This document shows, piece by piece, positions 55,112-64,000 of a DNA stretch of 64,000 nucleotides. The position numbers and the translations under genes are program-made. The notes beneath the pieces were generated by a model. That model was not told where the DNA came from, ran no database searches, and saw only the letters and a program-made list of their open reading frames with translations. The DNA lies in assembly GCA_964016885.1 (NCBI GenBank), contig OZ024743.1, positions 30,318,001-30,382,000 of the forward strand, in the 5' to 3' direction. The DNA is from Eledone cirrhosa (taxonomy: Eukaryota). How positions within the stretch are numbered: position 1 is the stretch's first letter; each line of letters opens with the position of its first letter.

Positions 55112-55266
55112 CTATTATGAAATAATACAGCCAGTTTTCCACGCAATACTATTAGTTAGCACCCCGAACGCATAGTTGGGAATATGATCACTTATTTCCT
55201 AATATTTGTTGAGTGAGTTGGAATTTAGCCGGAGTATCGCTAAAAAGCTTTCTCCGATATTATATT

Positions 55267-55361
<95 letters not shown>

Positions 55362-56206
55362 TGTTTATATTGATAGAGAGGTGTTATAAAGACTATAATA
55401 ATTATTACGTTATCAATCAATAATATTTAAATATATGTAACGTAAAAAGAATATATTGATATACATATACATTGTAATATATATATTGATATAAATATAT
55501 ATTGTAATATATATATTTTTTTAATTTCATGATTTAATTTGTTCAATATATCAGGTTAAGCTAGGTAATTCAAGGGATTATACTGGTGTTAATATTATAA
55601 AGTATATTTTTAACTTTACGTTCTCTGAATAATATTGCTATGTATATATATTTAAATTTATATGTGTGTGTATCATATATACTTATCTAATGAATATTTA
55701 TCGTATATAATTATCGAATATACGGTAATGAGATATATTATGTATGTGCGATATTTAAGAACATTAATAAAATGAAATATAGATAGTAATTATAGAGAAA
55801 TTGTGAAATATAAGTTATTAACGTTAAACCTAAAGGAGATTAAATAATATAATAATTTGTACTAAATAAATCAATATATAGTTTTAATTATATATGTGTT
55901 TCATATAACATATACAAACTTTGGAGACTAATAACTATGTTATTATAAATTCAATATACAATTAAGTACAAGTTGAAGTATATATACACAGTTAAATGTA
56001 TGTGATTATGTCATATGCCTATCTAACATATATTTGTCGTATATACTTTTAAAACATACGGCAATGAAATAAATGTTAGTGAAATATCTAAAAAAAAAAA
56101 CATTAAAATAAAATATCACTATTAATAATAGGGGAGTATATAATATTAAGGTAAAAAAGAGAAGTGTAGATAAGATAGTATATTGTATTAAATAAACAAA
56201 TATATC

Positions 56207-56277
<71 letters not shown>

Positions 56278-57505
56278 CAAAGATAAAAGCCTTCGATTGT
56301 AAATCCCAGCTAGCACCTCCTAACCACGTGTCAGCCAGTTTCGTGTGTTATCGTCTAGCGAAATAAATGGAGATTAATTTTTCCGAGTACTCTAGGAACG
56401 TAGCTGCGATAGGCCCCGTGTGTGCTAGCGGGAAGTCAACCGGCTTCTACAGGCCATCGTCTATACCAAACGAATACTATTAATTCACACAGGAGGGGTT
56501 TATTTACGTGCCAGCAGAAGAAGGCATGATACAATTAACAGTTATTCCTAAGCTTAGAGTTTATAGGTATGTGTATAATGTGGCGGTCAAAACAGGCGGT
56601 GCGGCGAGCCCCGTTGCAAATCGGGTCGCACGGATTTTTTTCGTTGACCGAAAGAGGAGAAATTTATTTTCCAAGCACTCAATGATGGCTGAATTTTCCG
56701 AGCGCCCGGCGTACAGCCGGGAAATCCACCACATTAGTCGAAAGTGGTAAAACCCAATGAAAAGTGCGAATAGACTATAATTATTTTTAAGTCCCAGTTA
56801 GTCCGGGTTAAAAGTAGTGTGGTCCTTTCGTGGGTAGGGAGCTATGAATGGTGCATAATGACCTGAGTAAGGAATAATAAGCAGAAAATCACAAATAAAT
56901 AAAAGCAGGATACAAAGATAAAAATACAAAGATAACAAATAAATAACTCTTAACATAAGTTAACGTTCCAATTTTCTGTTCACACATTAGACCATACAGA
57001 CACCCATATATATGCCTTTGTTACAATATGGGTTCTTTGGAATAACATCTTTCGCGGCGTCCTCTAGCATGACAGTAGTGTGGCCCTTACGCTGACTTTT
57101 CTTCTTTCTTTCTTTCTGTTTTTATTCTCTGACGGAGAGGTGGTAGTACATTATAAGCCTTCGCCCCCTCACCAGATGGTCATTAGTAGACCGAGTTGCC
57201 ATCACATGAGGGCGACTGACCGAGGTGATAGCAGCTAGTTGGTCAGTCGTCCTCTGTGTCTCTGTTTTTGGGACCCATGGATTTTATATATTCCTTTGTT
57301 ATATTTCGAATACCTGATATAGACCAGTCCAACCTCCTGTTATTTTATTTGTAATAATTAACTTCGTATTAGCACCACCAACTACACGAACGAAGACAGG
57401 TGAACTGCATTACGTTGAGTACTCTTCACAATATTACATCAAGATTGACCATATGGAATGACCAATTCTATCCAGTGGTGAACCAACAAACCTAAATAAA
57501 TAAAT

Positions 57506-57688
<183 letters not shown>

Positions 57689-58304
57689 ATGAATATAAAA
57701 TGAAAGTGCTTTTTTTAAAAAGGAATTTATTAGGTATTGACATATGTTTCTGTAACAGACGGAATACCTATGTATCGCTGCTTGCGTAATCATATAATGT
57801 TAGCAAGTATTCGATAGCAAATGTATAATCAGTAGTCACTTCTTCAGAGATTTTGGATAAATTGGATAAAATAAGAAAAATTGAAGTATTTATATTAGTA
57901 ATAGAGGAAGAAGAGAGGGGATAGTATATGACAGATGGTAATTCAATTTACTGCTAAACAAGTATATAAAGGGTTTCTAATGAGAATACAATGAGTAAAT
58001 AGTTTATTTTATCTAAATAAGAATTTTTGGGAGTGCCAATTTTAATCTATATTTGACCAATTGGACAGTGGACAGGGTTCGTCATTTGGTGTAGTAGTAT
58101 TAATTATAAAGTGTCAATTGGGGAAGGGGGAGATTTCGATTGCTACTGAATAACATCAATGCTAGTAGCCAGCTGGTATATGCATTAGGGAATTGAATTA
58201 AGAAATCAGAAATCTCATTTTATCTATAGCAGTTTATATTAAATGGTAAATAATAGAAGAGTTGATAGAATTAAGACTAATAGAGAATGTTAATATGTAT
58301 TTTG

Positions 58305-58341
<37 letters not shown>

Positions 58342-58545
58342 TTAAGGATACTATTTATGGTTATGTATGTAATAAAACCTTTTTATGGTTATATATTTTT
58401 TATAAAAACCCTAAATAGTGAAAGATAGTCATTAATTACTATCTTATTACCAGTAAGATAAATAGCTCAATGTAATAACATCGGTTGTTTTACAGAGCAG
58501 TTATATAGAGATTACAATAATCAGAGTTCAGTTTAAATCATTCAT

Positions 58546-58594
58546 TTGCTTACAATTGTTTCCTCCAAACCGAGGTTTGGGTTCTTCGGAGCAA
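58546..58594 (-). ncRNA. Hammerhead with variant core CCGAAGA (3' pLTR)
   Basis: TTGCT-CCGAAGA-AC CCAAAC CTCG GTTTGG AG-GAAA-CAATTG-TA-AGCAA. Confidence 0.75.
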
Positions 58595-58734
58595 CTATTT
58601 AGTGATCTATAACATACTTGACCTCCTTTTCAACACAAGAGACATATAAAAACATATGCACATATTGATCCACAGTGGGATGACATCCACCAAAATGATA
58701 TAGCATGGCAATTTACATATAAAGGTTAAAGGAT

Positions 58735-59161
58735 AAAGATAAAAATAAAAATAAAAATAAAAATAAAAATAAAAATAAAAATAAAAATAAAAATAAAAAT
58801 AAAAATAAAAATAAAAATAAAAATAAAAATAAAAATAAAAATAAAAATAAAAATAAAAATAAAAATAAAAATAAAATTAAAAATAAAAATAAAAATAAAA
58901 ATAAAAATAAAAATAAAAATAAAAATAAAAATAAAAAATAAAAATAAAAATAAAAATAAAAATAAAAATAAAAATAAAAATAAAAATAAAAATAAAAATA
59001 AAAATAAAAATAAAAATAAAAATAAAAATAAAAATAAAAATAAAAATAAAAATAAAAATAAAAATAAAAATAAAAATAAAAATAAAAATAAAAATAAAAA
59101 TAAAAATAAAAATAAAAATAAAAATAAAAATAAAAATAAAAATAAAAATAAAAATAAAAAT
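58735..59161. repeat. (TAAAAA)n hexamer array inside the PLE D 3' pLTR
   Basis: About 70 units, versus about 3 units at the homologous site (63803-63829). Confidence 0.95.
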
Positions 59162-60011
59162 GAAGCAAGAGGAAAGTTTAGAGTAGTCAGTGTATGAAAC
59201 AATCTAACGTGTAGCATGCACGCTTTTCTTATTTATACATGATTAGAGTGCGTCAGAATGTTACTTGTAGGGTCAGGCAGTTGAAGCAGGCAATCGATAT
59301 TATTATGTGGGCTGAATTATTAAATCATTTTTTCGCATACACCTGTATGATATACAGTCCCGAATGTGGAGAAACACCAAAATATCAAAAATATCAAACA
59401 TATTATAAAACATATTATATCGTAGGCAAAACAGTACCACTGTCTTCGCGCACACCATCACTCACATAATCTATGAAACGCAATATATAGACCACAGGTC
59501 TATCATATAATTCACGATGGTTCGGCATATAACCAAGTGATAAAGCGTATCATGTCGATTCTTAATTAATAGATCATGTTGTTTAGTTTTGTGTGATGAT
59601 ATTATATTCCGGAAGTGTGTGTATGGCCAAGGGGAATTAATGCGTAAGGGGAGGTAACTAGCTGGTTTACTTAGTTAAATGTATTATCCTAAATTACATT
59701 AATGGTGTTTCAAATAAGTGCCTATCATATGCTGTTATAACTAATTTCTAGATTATGTTACTTATCTATAGGTTAAAGTGTTGTCTATTAAGAAGTACTA
59801 AAGGTGTATATATCAGGATGATTGCCTTCTATTAAGGGGTGTCATATCTGAACATTCTATAAGAAGAGTCAGACCCCCAAATCAATGTTCTTTGTAAGTG
59901 TAATTCCTCCCGCAGGACCTGGCATGGTCCTATTATTTTATATGTGACTCCCGGTAGCTCTGGGTCATTGTATGTCTGAATCCTTGGTAAATCTGAATAA
60001 CTCCAGGGTGG

Positions 60012-60327
60012 TCTGGAGATCAAATCTCTCATATAAAGACACCAGTCTGGCCATCAAGCAATAGATAAACTCCTATCTCATATATAAATTAAATTAGGTA
60101 TCTTATCTACAAATTAGAGTGGAGTCTATTACTAAGTACTAAAGGAGTTCATATCATGAAGATTACAATCTGGAGATCAAATCTCCCATATAAAGTCACC
60201 AGTCTGGCCACCAAGCAATACATAAACTCTCATCTCATATATAAATTAAATTAGGTATCTTATCTACAAATTAGAGTGGAGTCTATTAATAAGTACTAAA
60301 GGGGTTCATATCCTGATGATTACAATC
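60012..60327. repeat. 157-bp tandem duplication within a more degenerate ~340-bp repeat (59790-60570) in the PLE D 3' region
   Basis: TCTGGAGATCAAATCTC...GATTACAA at 60012 and 60169. ATAAGAAGAGTCAGAC and GACTCCCGG each recur ~500 bp apart. Confidence 0.85.
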
Positions 60328-60930
60328 TAATATGGAGTGCCACACCTGGACAATCCATAAGAAGAGTCAGACTACACAATTAATTATAAGGGTCTCACTA
60401 CTAATAAGGGTTGTATTACCAATAATCGTCTTATAATCATACAAGACTCCCGGCAAGTTTCGGGCCATTGTATGACTGCATTCCCGGTAACTTCACCAGT
60501 GTGGTCCGGGGACCCGTTCTCTCATCAAAAGATACTAGTCAGGTCATCAAGCAACACAGAGACTCCTAACTGATGTATCACCTGTGCATAATTCATTGTA
60601 CTGATCGTATAGAATATATAGTCACGTAATAATAAGATTACTTACTTAATCATCAATCTATCTCATGGTGGCACTCCATGCGCAGGACTATGTTAGCACA
60701 ACCAATACCGTGTCTACAGTTTATATTAATCATATATTTGTGCAATGCAGTTTAAGCAATCCACGGCCGAGATATCAGACTTAGAAGTACATGGGGGTAT
60801 CCCCAGGGTAGATGGTGCTATAATGCTGCCAGTATTACCTTTAGAGTATATAAATGGGTGTGGAGATGAGGTGTGAGGTGTGCTACTGATGCTAATTGCT
60901 AAGGGTGGTGACGTTTCCAGTCTGACATTG

Positions 60931-63363
60931 TTATATATAGGGTTTAAAGTTTTGGAAAGAGTGTCGGAAGCGGTGTTGGCAAGATGCGAACACTTCTGAT
61001 TTTTTTTATTAAGGAGATTATGGTTAAAGAAGATGAAAGTATGGGTCTCTAGTAGACAGAGGTTACAACATTTATTAGGTGGTTTGTACGATGATGCACT
61101 ACCTACCACTTCCCATTTAAGTGTGTATATTTTATTTTTAGTTTTTAGATAGTGTATATAGCTAGATAGTGAAGTGGAGTTGGCCAGACTGTGTTTTTTG
61201 AAAGAGTGGAGGTGCGAATTGTATCTAGTGTTGAAGCAGTTAGAAGTAGAGCCTATATAGGTTTAAGAAGAGTTGTTAGTTGTGACTGTACATGAGTATA
61301 TGATACCCTTGGTTAAGCATTTTTTATCTAAAGGGCAGGTTCTATTTGATCTACAGTTACAATTATTCTGGGTTATAGTCTGTCGGTTAATATGCTGTGT
61401 AGAAGTTTGGATGTTAGCTATAGTGTTATGGTTACGTGGGTTGTCGTCCGCTGCGTTAATGTTTACACTAGTACTAATACTATTATTTCTATTGATATTA
61501 TGGTTAGTTGCTATAATGTTATTTTGAATGTTATTTTGAAGGTTTATCGTCTGTTGTGATTTAGTTTGTTGGAAGTAAGAATTAATTTTTCTTTTATTGC
61601 TACTAGCTATGTGGTATGCTAAGTTAGACGTAGTAGAGTATGAGATGTTAATAGTGTTTTTGTTTAAAAGGTTATGGTACCTGTGGCCGGATGGGAAGTG
61701 TTTATGCAGTAGTGAGAAGAAAGCCCTAGGTAGGTTGGTAGAGACGTTTAGATTGAAAGGAGGGTTGAAAAATGTATTACTTCTTCTTCTATTTCTGTTT
61801 TTTATGTCCGGTGATTTGTTTCCTTTAATGTTACTATGGTAATTTCTGTGGTGTGGGTTACTTTTGTTGTTATCATCTCTATTAGTGCGTGTGTGGTTGC
61901 TATTCCTATTATAAAATTTTCCCATGGACATGTTGTGTGAAATAATGTTGTAGCTATGCGTTTTTGTAGGTAGGAACTCTATCCCTGTATTATGTCCTGA
62001 TCTAGCTAATGCCTGGTTATAATACTGCGAGTTATAGTTAAATGTGTTTATGTCATAGGATAGATTAGAGATTCTAATATAGATATAGGGTGGTTAGACT
62101 TGGTATCTACGTAGATGAGTTTTTCATTAGGTTTGTGGAAAGGTGTATATATCATTGAGTCTAGGAAGAGTGTGGCGTCTAGGAAGTTGACGTTTTCGGT
62201 GTTTTTGTCCATGGTAATACTAAGGTTATAGCTTTTGAATGTTTTGTGCAATAGTTTTCTAGTTCTTTCTATATTGAATTTTTTATAATCTATAAGTAGA
62301 AGTGCATTGTCGCGATACAAACCACCGCTGAGGTAAGGAAGGTCCCTATGGATTTGGTTAAGTAAATATAGGCCGACTAAATCAGTGACCTGCGCCGAGT
62401 CACTAGACCCCATGGTAATGTCGAAGTTGTTTTGCGTATCCTTGCGGGTCCATAATTGGTCTTCAAAGGTGATTAGTGTTTTACGGGCCGCAAGTATGAC
62501 ATCAATCTGGGGGTTTAGTCCATGGCCATTATAAGTGCCTTATTTAGTAGGATAGGGGAAATAGAGGTGTAGTAAGAATTGATATCAAATTGAATAAATT
62601 TGTTATCCTTGCTATCTTTGATATTTTTGAACCATTCAATCACTTCACCCGTATTTCCCCATTGTTTAAGGTAAATCTTGTGTTTAATCTGTGGGATGAT
62701 TTTATCTAGAATTTTTTTACTGATAATGCCAATGTCAAACTTGGAGGGGCAGATGAGTCTAATCGAGGGGTTGCTAATGAAGTCCTCCTTATGGTCCTTC
62801 AGAGAGAATCTAGGGAGGTTTGGGGTATAAGGTTGTGTATGTCTCTGTAGCCCTAGTTTAGATACTATATTATAGCCTTCCATATTAATATCTTCTAAGT
62901 TTTTCATAGTGGTTTTCTTGTAGCTTTTATGTAGTTCATTATATATAAACTTTCTATAAGTATTATAATATAGGCTGTATATGTTATTAGTTTTGTCGGC
63001 ATGTACAACAATTTTACTACTAGTTTTGAAATCATTAATAGAGGTGCTAATTTTGTTTAAGAAGGTGTTGTTTTTATTACGGTCTTTTTTTGTATTTAAT
63101 ATTCTTAACTGGTTTTATTAGGTCATTTTCGAAGTGGTTTAGTAGTTTGTTATGAGGGGCGCTTCAAAGGTTTTAAAGCCGAAGACGTCAAATTTGTTGG
63201 TATTATTATCCTTGCTAGATTTGTTTTTATCATAATGGAATGTCCTCCATCGCACTCTATTGATAAAGGAGTTTACACTGTTGATCAATAACTTTTCATA
63301 TGCATTTTTGGGTGGTATAGGTATGTTATTGGTTGACATAGGGAGTTGGTCTTTGATCAGCAT
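60931..63363 (-). pseudogene. PLE D RT + GIY-YIG ORF, multiply disrupted
   Basis: Fragments NNIPIP..RVRW..FGFKT, ADKTNN, LKDHKEDF..RLICPSK, FIQFDINSYYTSI, MGSSDSAQVTDLVG, GLYRDNAL (catalytic D>N), FFNPPF, CNCR..CPLDKKCL, IIYSC..YIG, CNLC, LNKK. Confidence 0.9.
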
Positions 63364-63616
63364 GCTGGTAATTTATTGTATATCAGCACAACAATATGGA
63401 GCAGTTATTAGTATTAAGAATACTATTTATGGTTATGTATGTAATAAAACCTTTTATGGTTGTATATTGTTTATACAAACCCTAAACAGTGAAAGATAGT
63501 CATTAATTACTATCTTATTACCAGTAAGATAAATAGCTCAATGTAATAACATCGGTTGTTTTACAGAGCAGTTATATAGACATTACAATAATCAAAGTTC
63601 AGTTTAAATCATTTAT

Positions 63617-63665
63617 TTGTTTACAATTGTTTCCTCCAAACCGAGGTTTGGATTCTTCGGAGCAA
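63617..63665 (-). ncRNA. Hammerhead with variant core CCGAAGA (5' pLTR)
   Basis: TTGCT-CCGAAGA-A TCCAAAC CTCG GTTTGGA G-GAAA-CAATTG-TA-AACAA (one stem I mismatch). Confidence 0.72.
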
Positions 63666-64000
63666 CTATTTAGTGATCTATAACATACTTGACCTCCTTT
63701 GCAACACAATAGACATATAAAAACATGTGCACATATTGATCCACAGTGGGATGACATCCATCAAATTGATATAGCATGGCAATTTACATATAAAGGTTAA
63801 AGGATAAAGATAAAAATAAAAATAAAAATTAAGCATTGGCAGTCTATCAAGATAAAGCAAGAGGAAAGTTTAGAGTAGTCAGTGTATGAAACAATCTCAC
63901 GTGTAGCATGCACGCGTGTCTTATTTATACAGGATTAGAGTGCGTCAGAATGTTACTTGCAGGGTCAGGCAGTTGAAGCAGGCAATCAATATTATTATGT

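Larger units (their letters stand above)
58337..64000 (-). mobile_element. Penelope-like element family D (Hydra-like) with complete ORF region and direct pseudo-LTRs
   Basis: 58337-59308 is a direct repeat of 63408-64000, the ORF region lies between, and the 3' end abuts (TA)n at 58308-58337. Confidence 0.9.

Noticed and set aside
58713-59217. FY/FL/FI-repeat ORFs
   Set aside because: They are translations of the (TAAAAA)n array.
60440-60550. Extra hammerhead in the PLE D internal repeat (TTGATGA...GAAACTT..GAGTC, minus)
   Set aside because: Stem II does not adjoin the core, and the sister repeat lacks GAAA.

Overview
Eukaryotic, AT-rich, microsatellite-dense DNA made almost entirely of retroelements. 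I found no supportable host gene. The tRNA-derived SINE resembles octopod-cephalopod SINEs, so a cephalopod source is inferred but not verified. Contents: (i) R4/Dong-clade non-LTR retrotransposons (RT + CCHC + restriction-like endonuclease) inserted in (TAA)n: one intact-ORF copy, two copies of a second family and one decayed copy. (ii) L1/Tx1-like pieces (zinc-knuckle ORF1, AP endonuclease) abutting the same (TAA/TTA)n tracts. (iii) Several Penelope-like elements (PLEs): one Naiad-like YVDD element and three YRDD/Hydra-like families with direct or inverted pseudo-LTRs. (iv) Non-coding, tandem or fold-back repeat units each carrying a hammerhead ribozyme (retrozyme-like; ~465-469 nt and ~319 nt monomers). 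(v) SINEs, a TA-flanked MITE, a Helitron end and decayed DNA transposons. The strongest signal invisible to the ORF track is about a dozen fully foldable type I hammerhead ribozymes, plus decayed ones. They belong to at least six families with different cores (CUGAUGA, CAGAAGA, CCGAAGA, UUGAUAA), and each variant is conserved across copies. All folds and alignments were done by eye; coordinates of decayed elements are approximate.
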